From Spirulina sp. (GTDB taxonomy: Bacteria > Cyanobacteriota > Cyanobacteriia > Phormidesmidales > Phormidesmidaceae), in NCBI GenBank assembly GCA_044070495.1, contig JBIPSI010000002.1:192001-256000 (forward strand): a stretch of 64,000 nucleotides of DNA. The letters run 5' to 3'. A program made the translations under genes and the position numbers. This document shows positions 40,856 through 50,419 of the stretch, piece by piece (the stretch's first letter is position 1; each line of letters begins with the position of its first letter). The notes beneath the pieces were generated by a model. That model did not search any database. It was not told where the DNA came from and saw only the letters and a program-made list of their open reading frames with translations.

Positions 40856-41386
40856 TTAGCCTTGGTCTGGGGAAACCGCAGCATTCATTCGGTCGATGGC
40901 GCGTTGGCCACCAAAGCGTTCGGCAATGATGTCATCGTAGGTGTCGGCAATGGTAACGACCGAGAGAATGCAGGTTTGCAGTTCCATCAGATCCATGTTT
41001 TCGCCACCCAAGACGCTTTCGGCAAAGAGCACCTGGTCAGCGTCATCGAGGTGAAAGGCTCCGAACCTCATGCGGCGATTTTCTGTGAGCAAAAAGTGCA
41101 TCAGATCTGGGCTGATGGTGCTGCCCACGGTGACGCAACTGGTGGCCCGCACCGTGGCCAGATCGGCCTTTTGCCAGGGGTGTACCTCCCAGGGCAGTAC
41201 CTCAATTTCCACCAGGGTAGAGCCGTAGAGAATGTCGAATTTGGGCTGATCGCTGTAGGTACGAAGGCGATCTTTGAATAGGCTAGCGGATTGCAGGTAG
41301 TCCGCCACCTTGGTATAGGTGAGGGCCTGGACGGTGCTGGAAAAGGAAAGCGCCATGGGAAGGAAGTCGGGGTACGTGACCAGCAT
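40856..41386 (-). CDS. YbjN / CesT-like chaperone-fold protein
   Basis: YGSTLVEI...LMHFLLTENRRMRFGAF...IADTYDDII..RFGG. Confidence 0.75.
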   Translation of the reverse strand: MLVTYPDFLPMALSFSSTVQALTYTKVADYLQSASLFKDRLRTYSDQPKFDILYGSTLVEIEVLPWEVHPWQKADLATVRATSCVTVGSTISPDLMHFLLTENRRMRFGAFHLDDADQVLFAESVLGGENMDLMELQTCILSVVTIADTYDDIIAERFGGQRAIDRMNAAVSPDQG

Positions 41387-41419
41387 ACCGATGCCGTGGG
41401 GCAGGGGCTACCGGGAGGA

Positions 41420-42208
41420 CTACATCACAAACATGCTGCCGTCGAGGGACTGAACGGCGTGGGCATCGGCGAACTGCTGGGGGCTTTCGTCGGATTCTAG
41501 GCGACCATCCACTAGGTTAATGATGCGGTCGGCCACGTCGAGGATGCGGTTGTCGTGGGTGACCATGAGGATGGTGCAGTTTTCTTCCTTGGCAAGCTGC
41601 TGCATGATGGTGACGACATCGCGCCCAGATTTTTTGTCGAGGGCGGCGGTGGGTTCATCGGCCAGAATCAGTTGGGGATGGTTGACCAGGGCGCGGGCGA
41701 TGGCTACCCGCTGCTTTTGTCCCCCGGAGAGGTTGGCGGGCTTGTAATCCACCCGATCCGCTAACCCAACTCGCGTTAGCATTTCCACCGCATTCTGGCG
41801 TTTTTGGCGCAGTTTTCCGGTCAATTCCACCGCCATTTCCACGTTTTGGGCGGCGGTGAGGGAGGCAAACAAATTGTGGGCCTGGAAAATAAAGCCAATG
41901 TTGCGGCGCACCTCCACCCGCTGCCGATTACCCAGCCCGTGTAGCTCTCGGCCCAGCACTTGCAGGCTACCCTGTTCCACTGTCCGCAGGGCACCGATCA
42001 ACGTGAGCAACGTCGTTTTGCCGGAGCCGGAGGGGCCAGTCATAATCACAATTTGCCCCCGATGTAGATCGAGGTTGATATCAAAAAGCGCCTGTTTGCG
42101 TAGATCGCCTTTGCCGAAGAAATAGTTCAGCCCCTGTACCCGCACAGAAACATGATTAAGCTGGGATTCTGGATTAGGTGGGGACGTTGAATGTGAGGAA
42201 TTACTCAT
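41420..42208 (-). CDS. devA: DevA-type ABC transporter ATP-binding protein
   Basis: GPSGSGKTT, LSGGQKQRVAIARAL and VTHDNRIL; ATGA overlap with the upstream devC. Confidence 0.92.
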   Translation of the reverse strand: MSNSSHSTSPPNPESQLNHVSVRVQGLNYFFGKGDLRKQALFDINLDLHRGQIVIMTGPSGSGKTTLLTLIGALRTVEQGSLQVLGRELHGLGNRQRVEVRRNIGFIFQAHNLFASLTAAQNVEMAVELTGKLRQKRQNAVEMLTRVGLADRVDYKPANLSGGQKQRVAIARALVNHPQLILADEPTAALDKKSGRDVVTIMQQLAKEENCTILMVTHDNRILDVADRIINLVDGRLESDESPQQFADAHAVQSLDGSMFVM

Positions 42209-43377
42209 AGACCAAAGACCTCCGCTGGGTCGGCACGCTGCACTTTGCGAACGGCAATTAAACCAGACACTAAACACATCATAAAGGTCAGAATATAGAG
42301 ATTAAGCACCCGCTCCACAGTCATTTGAAACACCAGACCCGTAACCGTTGCGCCCAGGTTGTAGAAAATTCGGCTAATCAGAAATCCAGGGATAAAGCCA
42401 AATACTGACAAAATAATCGCTTCCTGAATGACCACGCCCATGAGATAGCGATTAGTGTAGCCGATGGCTTTTAGGGTGGCATATTCCGACCAGTGATCGG
42501 CCACGTCGGTATAGAGAATTTGGTACACCAAAATAATTCCCACCACAAAGCCCATGGCCGTTAGCAGGGAAAACACAAAACCAATATTGGTGTTTTGTTC
42601 CCAATAAAGGCGTTCTCGCATGATGAAGCCTTCTGGCCCATCTCTAGGCAAAATCAAAATATCCTGGGGTAGGTTCTCTCGTAGGGATTTCACTAGGGCA
42701 TCAATATCGGTACCTGGTGTGGTGTGTAAAAGGCCAATATCGGCGGTGGCAAAACTGCGCTCGGCTTCCTCTGGCCCTCGGTTGGCAAAAAAGCGTAGAA
42801 AATTCTGATCGCTCATAATCAAATTACCGTTGCCCGCCGCAAAGTCTGTCCCCAGGCTAAAGGTGCCCACAATGCGAATTTCTCGATCCGCCAGTTCTGT
42901 AATTACCCCGGCTTCCCGTGGCCCTAGTTCGGCCCTAGCACGGCTATCAATCAGAGCGGTGTTGGGCATGGTTAAGGCTTCCCGGTGGGCCAACACGTCG
43001 GGCAATAGCAGCACCGGATCGGCAGGATTATAGGCAATCACCCTCACAGGGCGAGTCTTACGGGTTTCGGGATTTTTCCAGCGGGCCTCGCTGGTGTAGA
43101 TGGCGTAGGCTCCTTCCACCCCATCAAAGGCTTGGGCCTGATAGAGCCGGCGACGGGCAAAGGGCCGAGGCACAAACATATTTTCCTTCAGCCGATTGAT
43201 GATAACGATGTCGCCGTTTAGCTCTTTCAAAAATTGGGTTTGGCTGTCGTAAAGGGCATTTTTAAACCCGTTAAATAGAAACATTAACAACACCGCAAAG
43301 GCTACCCCCGCCACGGAGGTCGCAAACTTTTTGCGGTCGTGGGTGAGATTCAGTAGGGCTAGCGGGGTGGGGAACAT
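42205..43377 (-). CDS. devC: DevC-type ABC permease (copy 2)
   Basis: GVAFAVLLMF, YQILYTDV, EYATLKAIGY and ADPAEVF. Confidence 0.9.
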   Translation of the reverse strand: MFPTPLALLNLTHDRKKFATSVAGVAFAVLLMFLFNGFKNALYDSQTQFLKELNGDIVIINRLKENMFVPRPFARRRLYQAQAFDGVEGAYAIYTSEARWKNPETRKTRPVRVIAYNPADPVLLLPDVLAHREALTMPNTALIDSRARAELGPREAGVITELADREIRIVGTFSLGTDFAAGNGNLIMSDQNFLRFFANRGPEEAERSFATADIGLLHTTPGTDIDALVKSLRENLPQDILILPRDGPEGFIMRERLYWEQNTNIGFVFSLLTAMGFVVGIILVYQILYTDVADHWSEYATLKAIGYTNRYLMGVVIQEAIILSVFGFIPGFLISRIFYNLGATVTGLVFQMTVERVLNLYILTFMMCLVSGLIAVRKVQRADPAEVFGL

Positions 43378-43379
43378 GG

Positions 43380-44585
43380 TTAGGCGAAGACCTCAGCGGG
43401 GTCGGCGGTGACGGCTTTGCGAACGGAAATCAGGCCAGAAATCGCACACATCACCACAGTGAGGGAGAAGACCAGAATGAGCCGTGAAACGGTCATTTCC
43501 ATGGGTAGGGTGCCAGCAGTGGCACGGGTGGCCATTTCATAGAGGGCGAGGGACAAAATTAGTCCCGGTACATAGCCCATGACGGCCAAAATAATCGCTT
43601 CTTGGATCACAGTTTTGAACAAATAACCACCGCTGTAGCCGATGGCTTTGAGGGTGGCATATTCCCGCAAATGTTCGTGAATATCGGTATACAAAATTTG
43701 GTAGACAATTACCGTGCCCACTACGAAGGAAATCAATACCCCCAGGCCAAAAATGAAGCCGATGGAGGTAGTTTGAATCCAAAAACGGCTTTCTTTGAGG
43801 ATAATTTCGGGCTTGGTGTAGGCCTCTACATCGGCGGGCAAACGCTCCATGATGGCCTGCTTCACCCGCTGGGGATCGGCCCCCGGTTCGAGCAGCACCA
43901 GGCCCATATTCACCTGGTCGAGGGGGCGGGGGGAAAAGTAGCGCAGGAAATTCTGGTCGCTCATGATCAGAGTGCCATCGGCGGCAAAGCCTCCACCCAG
44001 GTCGTACTGGCCGACGATGGTGATGCGGCGACGGTCGGTTTCGGTTTCTAGGCCGATAGTTTGAGGGCCAAATTCGGGGCGAGACAGCCGATCAATGAAG
44101 GTGGAATTGGGTATTTCCAGGGCGCGGCGTCCCTCTGGGGTGTTGAGTTCCGGCATTAAAAATACTGGATCCGTAGGATTAATTGCATAGACAAATAGGG
44201 CGCGACTAATCTTGGTTTCGGGATTTTTCCAGAGGGAATATTCCATATACAACGGCATCACCCGATCCACGCCCTCAATGCCCGCCGCCTGGTAGAGTCG
44301 TTCGCGGGGGAAGGCTTTGGTGGTGCTAATTTCCAAAGATTGGGGCGACATCAGCACAATATCGGCATTGAACTGGTCGTAAAAATTAGAGGTGGTGTTC
44401 ACCAAGGCTCCCAAAAAGCCCAGGTTCATGAACATCAGCAGCACCGCAAAGGTGACCCCCGCCACCGCCACAAACAGCCGCGCCCGATCATGCCTCAGGT
44501 TATACCAGGCCAGGGGAATGCGCCGAGGGGGCGACAATCCAGGGCCATTGACTGGGGATAGCTTGGCTTTGTACTTTTGGGGCAT
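43380..44585 (-). CDS. devC: DevC-type ABC permease (copy 1)
   Basis: RIPLAW, FPRERLYQA and EYATLKAIGY. Start moved to MPQKYK because the upstream extension reads through a REP. Confidence 0.9.
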   Translation of the reverse strand: MPQKYKAKLSPVNGPGLSPPRRIPLAWYNLRHDRARLFVAVAGVTFAVLLMFMNLGFLGALVNTTSNFYDQFNADIVLMSPQSLEISTTKAFPRERLYQAAGIEGVDRVMPLYMEYSLWKNPETKISRALFVYAINPTDPVFLMPELNTPEGRRALEIPNSTFIDRLSRPEFGPQTIGLETETDRRRITIVGQYDLGGGFAADGTLIMSDQNFLRYFSPRPLDQVNMGLVLLEPGADPQRVKQAIMERLPADVEAYTKPEIILKESRFWIQTTSIGFIFGLGVLISFVVGTVIVYQILYTDIHEHLREYATLKAIGYSGGYLFKTVIQEAIILAVMGYVPGLILSLALYEMATRATAGTLPMEMTVSRLILVFSLTVVMCAISGLISVRKAVTADPAEVFA

Positions 44586-44646
44586 AGGGCCAACGATGGT
44601 ACAAGGTTTTGCAGAGCCGTAGCGATTATCTTCTTTGTCAAGAGCC

Positions 44647-44667
44647 GTAGGGTGGGCAGTGCCCACC
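44647..44667 (+). repeat. GTAG-type REP palindrome
   Basis: GTAGGGTGGGCAGTGCCCACC, which reads as VGTAHPT on the minus strand. Confidence 0.8.
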
Positions 44668-44727
44668 ATCTCCATCTCACCGGATTCAGATACAGCCAAG
44701 CTGGCCGTACTCCTCTGAGGCCGTCAC

Positions 44728-45897
44728 CTACTCAAGATCTATCGCAACATCGACCTGAAGGTTGGTGAGGGCGGCGACCACCTCGCTTTGGTCAATGCGG
44801 ACGCGCACTTCCACCACACGGGCATCGGCGTTGGCGGCGGGGTCGTCGTCAATCACGTCGTTTTTGGCAATTTGTAGGCCAATTTCCTCTACGGTTCCGG
44901 TCAGGGTGCCAGGGAAAGCTCCGTTGCGGCTGGTGATGGTGGCGGGCTGGCCTAGCTTGACGCGACCAATGTCGGTTTCGTAGACCTCGGAAACCACATA
45001 CATTTGGCGAGTATCCCCCAAGGACAGAATCGGCCCACTGCCCGGAGACACCGCCTCTCCAGGGTAGGCCAGCACGTCCAACACCTGCCCTGCCTGGGGG
45101 GAACGCACCAGGGTTAGGGCCAGTTGGGCCTCCGCTAGGGCCAGGGATTGGGCGGCAGAATCCACCCGACTTTGCAGTTGGGCCAGGGTGTTGTTGGCCT
45201 GCACGGCGGCCAGTTGGGCCTCGGCGTTGGTGATATCGCTCACGCGGGCCTGTTCTAGGCGCTGCTGGGTGGCCTTGGCGTTGGCGACATCGGCACGAAG
45301 CCTGTTCACCGTGGCCTGCTGACGGTCGAGTTCTTGACGGGCGATGGCCCCCGAACTGTGCAACTGCTGGAATCGGGCTAGGTCAATTTCCGCCACATTC
45401 AACTGGGCCTGAAGGCTTTGCACCGCCGCCACCTGGGCCGCAATGGCCGACTGTTGAGGCTCATCCACCTGACCTAGGCGAGTTGTGGCCTCCTGTACCT
45501 GGGCTTGGCCAAGATTGCGTTGAGCCGCGAGCTGGGCCTGGGCTTCCGCCAGTTGACTAGCGGCCAAATCCCGTTCGGCCTGCCGCACCGCATAGCGATC
45601 TAGGTAGGCCAAAATCTGCCCTTCCTCCACTCGGTCGCCCTTGGCCACTGTCAGCCGATCAATCCGGCCTGCCTCGGAGGCCGACACCTGCACCACTCGA
45701 CTGGCTGGCTCAATCCGCCCCAAGGCCACCACCTGTACCTGGCGAGGGGGCGGTAACGCGGCCTGCTCCTCGGCCAGTCGCCGCGCCTCTAGCTGCTGGC
45801 GCACCACTAGGGTAGACCCGACCCCCACCAGCACCAGGGCACCTAGGGCCACCCAAAGACCGGGCTTTTTCCAAAAGTCAGAGGACTGAATCGTCAT
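44728..45897 (-). CDS. devB: DevB-type membrane fusion protein
   Basis: N-terminal TM, VALGRIEP, coiled coil, EVYETDI and DARVVEV. Confidence 0.9.
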   Translation of the reverse strand: MTIQSSDFWKKPGLWVALGALVLVGVGSTLVVRQQLEARRLAEEQAALPPPRQVQVVALGRIEPASRVVQVSASEAGRIDRLTVAKGDRVEEGQILAYLDRYAVRQAERDLAASQLAEAQAQLAAQRNLGQAQVQEATTRLGQVDEPQQSAIAAQVAAVQSLQAQLNVAEIDLARFQQLHSSGAIARQELDRQQATVNRLRADVANAKATQQRLEQARVSDITNAEAQLAAVQANNTLAQLQSRVDSAAQSLALAEAQLALTLVRSPQAGQVLDVLAYPGEAVSPGSGPILSLGDTRQMYVVSEVYETDIGRVKLGQPATITSRNGAFPGTLTGTVEEIGLQIAKNDVIDDDPAANADARVVEVRVRIDQSEVVAALTNLQVDVAIDLE

Positions 45898-46021
45898 ACA
45901 ACATGAGGGCTACGGCGATGAAGGGGATCCCTAGTCCCTTCAAATTTAACTGAACGGTGTAGTGTGGTCAATCAACGCAATGGAACGTAACTGGCCAGAA
46001 TTAGGAGCGGATTAGGAGCGT

Positions 46022-46231
46022 CTAACGATAAACGTCGGCATCCTCAGCGTCTTCGTAGGGTTCGGCGTCGCTGAGTTTGGCCTCATCGGGTTTGGCGCTA
46101 TTGATTTCTTCCTTAAAGCCCTTGAGGGTTTTGCCCAAGGCTCCTCCGAGTTGGGGAATTTTCTTCGGCCCAAAAATGAGCAGCGCAACGCCAATCACAA
46201 TCGCAACCTCAGGCCAACCTAGATTAAACAT
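46022..46231 (-). CDS. tatA: Twin-arginine translocase TatA/E subunit
   Basis: LGWPE...LLIFGPKKIPQLG..LGK.LKGFK. Confidence 0.92.
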   Translation of the reverse strand: MFNLGWPEVAIVIGVALLIFGPKKIPQLGGALGKTLKGFKEEINSAKPDEAKLSDAEPYEDAEDADVYR

Positions 46232-46536
46232 GGCGATAGCAGTAAGTGGACATCCCTGTGAGACCGGGGTTGTGGGTCAAACATCCTGTGATGCTAACCG
46301 ATCCCACGCCTAGGACGGCATTGTCCCACGATCCCCCCAGACATTCCTAGCCCCTGGCTCATCCTAGGCGGTGGTGACCGGGGGAGCCAGAGACTAGAAG
46401 TCCCTGGCTCAATGCAGAAATCCTCTAAAGAGGATCGGGGCCTAGGGTACTTCCCGTAGAGGATGCGTCCCAACTCCCACCTGTCCCTTGACCGCCTCAG
46501 CCGTTATCCTGGTTAGCAGACACCCGATGGCCGACG

Positions 46537-48390
46537 ATGACTTCACCCTACCAAGCGCTGATTGATCAACTGGTGACGGATACCCTGAAGGGCAAGATTC
46601 AGTCTAAGCAGCAGGTCTATCGGCGGTTGCAGCAGGGGCTAGAACCGGGCAGTGGCGAACTGTTTGAGCGGGCCTTGGCTAGCACCCTGGCTCAGGTGGA
46701 AAAAGGGCTGGCGGAGGAGGATGAATTCAAGCAGGCCAAGGCCCAACGGCAGCAGCGGGCGCTGAAGATGATCGAAGCCGAGTGGCAGCGCTGGCAGGCG
46801 GATAACCAGGCCACGGCGGTTTTAACCGGGGTGGCGGCGGAATTGGTGCAGGGCGATGCGGCGGATCGGTTGACGACCCTGCTAACGGCCTTAGACCCCA
46901 ATCAGGCCCAACCGTTGGATCGCGAACAGATCAGTCAACTGGCCAAAACCCTGCACCAATCCGCACCATCCGCAGCGACGGAAGCCGACACCCAGGCAGG
47001 CCCATCCCTAGCGGATTTGGCCCAAGGGCTAGAGCAGGGTCTCGCCACCTGGCAGGGCTTGGAAACCGAGGTGGTGGGCTGGATTTTTGCTACGGGTCGA
47101 TCCACCCTGGGCTTTGGCAATGCGGGGGAAACCCAAGGCCCATGGGCGTTTTGGGGAAAGAAAACTCAGCTTTCCTCCCTGCGGTATCTCTTTGAAGACC
47201 TGGCCCTAAATCAAAGCGTTACCGCCGCCGGATTGTCTACGCCCCTGCTCACCGCCGATTGGGTGGCCTGGGTGGTGGTGCTGCAACGGCTTCAGCGGGC
47301 CTTGGTGAACTGGTTTGACCAACAACCCTACGACCCCAAGGCAGGTAAGCGCCTCTCCATCGCCACCTTTTTGACCTTTGCGGTGGTGTGGAGCCAAATT
47401 GCCAACCGTTTGGGCCAACTGGGGCAGGTTTCCCTCGCCCAGGGCAGTTTTCAGGTGTTGCTGCAAGGATTGCGCCAGTTCGCCAACCAGCCCTACTTTC
47501 CCCTCTACGGCGGCCTGTTTACGGCCCTCTCTGGGGAACCCCTGCGAACCTTGCTGGACTACCTGGATCAACCCCTTCAGCAGGTGCCCAACACGGCAAC
47601 CAAGGGCCGCATCCTAACGCTGCTGGGCTATTCCCAACGGGCCATGGGCAACTACGCCCAGGCGGAAGCTTTCCATGACCAGGCCCTTGCCATTGCCCGC
47701 GAAGCCCAGGATAGCGTCTGTGAAATTGCCAGCCTCAACCACCTCAGCCGCACCGCCGTAGCCCAGCAAGACTACGACACCGCCCTCGGCCACAGCCAAC
47801 GCGCCTTAATTTTGGCCCGCCAGCAGGGGGACACCCTCGGCCAAGCCAACGCCCTGGCGAATTTGGGCTACAGCCAGGTGGCCCAGGGGCAAGATCAACT
47901 GTTGGAACCCGAACAGTATGAGGCCGTCCTCAGCTACCTAGAACAAGGCGTCACCCTCTCGGCCCAGGTGGGAGATCGGCCCAGCCAAGCCCTATGTGCC
48001 AACAGTTTGGGGATTGCCCAACTCAAACTTGGCCAGTACGAAGCGGCTATCGCCGCCCTCACCGATGGGTTGCAGGTCGCCCAGGCCATTGGCGACCGAT
48101 TTTTAGTGGCCTCCAACTTGGCCCACCTCGCCGCCGCCCATCAGGGGGCCGGAACCCTCGACCAGGCCATCCTCACGGGCAGCTTGGCCATGTACTTGTT
48201 CGACCAAATCGGCTCCGACGACTGGCGACAACCCGCCGCCCTGCTCAGCATCCTCTACGGTCAGCTTGGGCCAGAATCCTTCCAAACCATCCTGCAAAGC
48301 CACCGTCCCCAGTTCCTCGCCAGCATTGGGGTGGATGGCTACGATTACCTCATTCCCCTACTCACCCGCTATCGAGAAGCTTTGGGCTAA
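46537..48390 (+). CDS. TPR-containing protein (cyanobacterial conserved type)
   Basis: Helical N-terminal domain followed by several TPR repeats. Confidence 0.85.
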   Translation: MTSPYQALIDQLVTDTLKGKIQSKQQVYRRLQQGLEPGSGELFERALASTLAQVEKGLAEEDEFKQAKAQRQQRALKMIEAEWQRWQADNQATAVLTGVAAELVQGDAADRLTTLLTALDPNQAQPLDREQISQLAKTLHQSAPSAATEADTQAGPSLADLAQGLEQGLATWQGLETEVVGWIFATGRSTLGFGNAGETQGPWAFWGKKTQLSSLRYLFEDLALNQSVTAAGLSTPLLTADWVAWVVVLQRLQRALVNWFDQQPYDPKAGKRLSIATFLTFAVVWSQIANRLGQLGQVSLAQGSFQVLLQGLRQFANQPYFPLYGGLFTALSGEPLRTLLDYLDQPLQQVPNTATKGRILTLLGYSQRAMGNYAQAEAFHDQALAIAREAQDSVCEIASLNHLSRTAVAQQDYDTALGHSQRALILARQQGDTLGQANALANLGYSQVAQGQDQLLEPEQYEAVLSYLEQGVTLSAQVGDRPSQALCANSLGIAQLKLGQYEAAIAALTDGLQVAQAIGDRFLVASNLAHLAAAHQGAGTLDQAILTGSLAMYLFDQIGSDDWRQPAALLSILYGQLGPESFQTILQSHRPQFLASIGVDGYDYLIPLLTRYREALG

Positions 48391-48411
48391 AACGATACGC
48401 AGAGTAGGTAG

Positions 48412-48546
48412 GCTGATGCAGCAGGAAACACTCACTACCTCAAACAAATTGAGGAGTTTGGCAATAGATGGCTACGAGTGGTTGTTAACCCCATAGCAGA
48501 TCCCCAACGGGTGATTACTCTATTTTTTGACAGGAGAGGTCAATGA
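48412..48546 (+). pseudogene. 5'-truncated DUF4258-like toxin remnant
   Basis: Frame reads ADAAGNTHYLKQIEEFGNRWLRVVVNPIADPQRVITLFFDRRGQ*. It is preceded by an in-frame TAG, has no start for a full gene, and overlaps DUF2283 by ATGA. Confidence 0.7.
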
Positions 48547-48740
48547 AATTAGTCGTGCATAAAGAAGATGATGCCTTGTATTTACGACTAGATGACTCTG
48601 AAATTATTGAATCTGAGGAAGTCAGCGAAGGTATCATACTCGACTACAATGCTGACGGGAAAATTGTTGGCATTGAAGTGTTATATATTAGCCAGCGCAG
48701 CCCGAACTCTTTACATCAAATTTTGCTAGAAACAACCTGA
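48543..48740 (+). CDS. DUF2283 family protein (putative antitoxin)
   Basis: DALYLRL...ESEEVSEGIILDYNADGKIVGIEVL; AT-rich. Confidence 0.88.
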   Translation: MKLVVHKEDDALYLRLDDSEIIESEEVSEGIILDYNADGKIVGIEVLYISQRSPNSLHQILLETT

Positions 48741-48797
48741 TATTGCTCTATTGTTCAACCGCTAAAGACAGCCTAGAGCCATTGTTGGAAGAGATAT

Positions 48798-49412
48798 CTA
48801 GAGATTGCCGATTCGATCCAGGTCATCAGGGGTGTTGAGGTTCACTAACCAGGCCGGATCAACCTGAGGAATTGCAGCGACGGACTGCTGATTGAGCCAT
48901 CCCTGAAACGAGCGTTTTCCGGTTGCTAAATAGGCTTGCCAACTGGCCCCGCAGGCAACCCGATAAAACCCACACAGTGGTTCCCAGCGATCCTGAAGTT
49001 GCGGCAGATAAGCCATCATCGATGGGGGTAAATCATCTAAATGGCTCGCCCATTCCCTCAGCGCAGCCTCGTCCAGGTTCGGCAAATCGCAGGCCAACGC
49101 CAACACCCAGGCCGCAGCAGATTCAGCATCCTCCGCTAGCACAGATACCACCTGCGCCAACGCCACCAGGGGGCCGGGACGCCTGCCATCGGGCGCTAAA
49201 TTGGGGGATTCTGGCCAAATTTCAATCGTTTCTGGTAATAACGGACAATACCGATCCCCCCAGGGCGTCACCACATAAACCCGATTCGCACAACCCAACG
49301 CCACCCGACAAGTCCGCTGAATCAGCACCTCATCTCCGCACGGAATTAGCGCCTTATCCCTTCCCATGCGGCGGCTTTGTCCTCCGGCTAATACGAATCC
49401 AGTAATGTTCAA
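48798..49412 (-). CDS. mobA: Molybdenum cofactor guanylyltransferase
   Basis: LAGGQSRRMGRDKA, GPL, ACDLP and NLNTPDD; TTG start. Confidence 0.9.
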   Translation of the reverse strand: MNITGFVLAGGQSRRMGRDKALIPCGDEVLIQRTCRVALGCANRVYVVTPWGDRYCPLLPETIEIWPESPNLAPDGRRPGPLVALAQVVSVLAEDAESAAAWVLALACDLPNLDEAALREWASHLDDLPPSMMAYLPQLQDRWEPLCGFYRVACGASWQAYLATGKRSFQGWLNQQSVAAIPQVDPAWLVNLNTPDDLDRIGNL

Positions 49413-49416
49413 TGTT

Positions 49417-49559
49417 GTTATTGGTTATTTGTTAATCGTTATTGGTTATTTGTTAATCGTTATTGGTTATTTGTTAATCGTTATTGGTTATTTGTTAATC
49501 GTTATTGGTTATTTGTTAATCGTTATTGGTTATTTGTTAATCGTTATTGGTTATTTGTT
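49417..49559. repeat. Tandem 21-bp repeat (GTTATTG GTTATTT GTTAATC) x6 plus a partial copy
   Basis: Perfect units start at 49417, 49438, 49459, 49480, 49501 and 49522; a 17-nt partial starts at 49543. Confidence 0.95.
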
Positions 49560-49596
49560 GAGGGAAAAAGTGTCCCTGACCTCTAATAATCCAGAG

Positions 49597-49687
49597 CCAA
49601 CAACCAACAACCAACAACCAACAACCAACAACCAACAACCAACAACCAACAACCAACAACCAACAACCAACAACCAACAACCAACAA
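49597..49687. repeat. STRR heptamer CCAACAA x13
   Basis: Perfect 7-bp tandem array abutting the trmB stop codon. Confidence 0.95.
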
Positions 49688-50329
49688 CTAACCCCCACTT
49701 TTCACAAAAATAGCCCGATAAACAGGCAACTCCTGCTCTAGGGTGACGCGCTCGCGGTCGGTCTGGGCGGGAAAGGGGCTTTCGGGGAGCCAATGGTCGG
49801 CGGTGCGGGCCAGTTGGGGATGTTCGCCCAGACGTTCCACCATATCGAGGGCGAGTTCTTCGACATCCGACTGGATGATGATGCGGCCTTCCTGGGGCAA
49901 AAAATCCACTAAGTCATTGACTAAGGTGGGTTGCAGCACGCGGCGTTTTTGGTGGCGTTTTTTGAACCAGGGGTCAGGAAACTGAATGGAGATTTGCTGG
50001 AGGGGGTTGGAGTCGCCCCAGCTTTCCATTAGTGGACGGAAGGAGAGGTTGGCGTTGCAAAACATCAGGTGCAGGTTAGAAAGGCCAAGTTCTTCCTTGC
50101 GCCGCTGGGACTGTTCCGCCAGGGGTTTGCGAATTTCTAGACCGAGGAAATTCCACTCTGGCTGAAGCTCGGCCATGGCCATGGCAAACACCCCCTTGGC
50201 GCTGCCGATGTCGATGTGCAGGGGCCGCTGGGGATGGGGAAAAACCTGGTTCCAGTCGGGTAAATCGATGGGAATCTGGTATTTTTCACTGAGTGGATTA
50301 ACGTGCTGGCGCACCCGAACAACCGCCAC
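49688..50329 (-). CDS. trmB: tRNA (guanine-N7)-methyltransferase
   Basis: RVRQHVNPL, DIGSAKG, GLEIR and QFPDPWFKKRHQKRR. Confidence 0.95.
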   Translation of the reverse strand: MAVVRVRQHVNPLSEKYQIPIDLPDWNQVFPHPQRPLHIDIGSAKGVFAMAMAELQPEWNFLGLEIRKPLAEQSQRRKEELGLSNLHLMFCNANLSFRPLMESWGDSNPLQQISIQFPDPWFKKRHQKRRVLQPTLVNDLVDFLPQEGRIIIQSDVEELALDMVERLGEHPQLARTADHWLPESPFPAQTDRERVTLEQELPVYRAIFVKSGG

Positions 50330-50419
50330 AAGCTGACCTATTTGGTAAAACTCCAGTTTTCTATCATGCCACAGCCCCCCTCGCAGATGGTTCAGTCCCC
50401 CCAGTTGGAGCGTCAGGCT

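Noticed and set aside
44586..44699. N-terminal extension of DevC in the ORF track
   Set aside because: Reads through a REP element (VGTAHPT); probably non-coding.
49417..49687. Possible CRISPR array; low-complexity ORFs 49366-49713 (+) and 49551-49793 (-)
   Set aside because: Repeats are directly tandem with no spacers and no cas genes; the ORFs are translations of the repeats.
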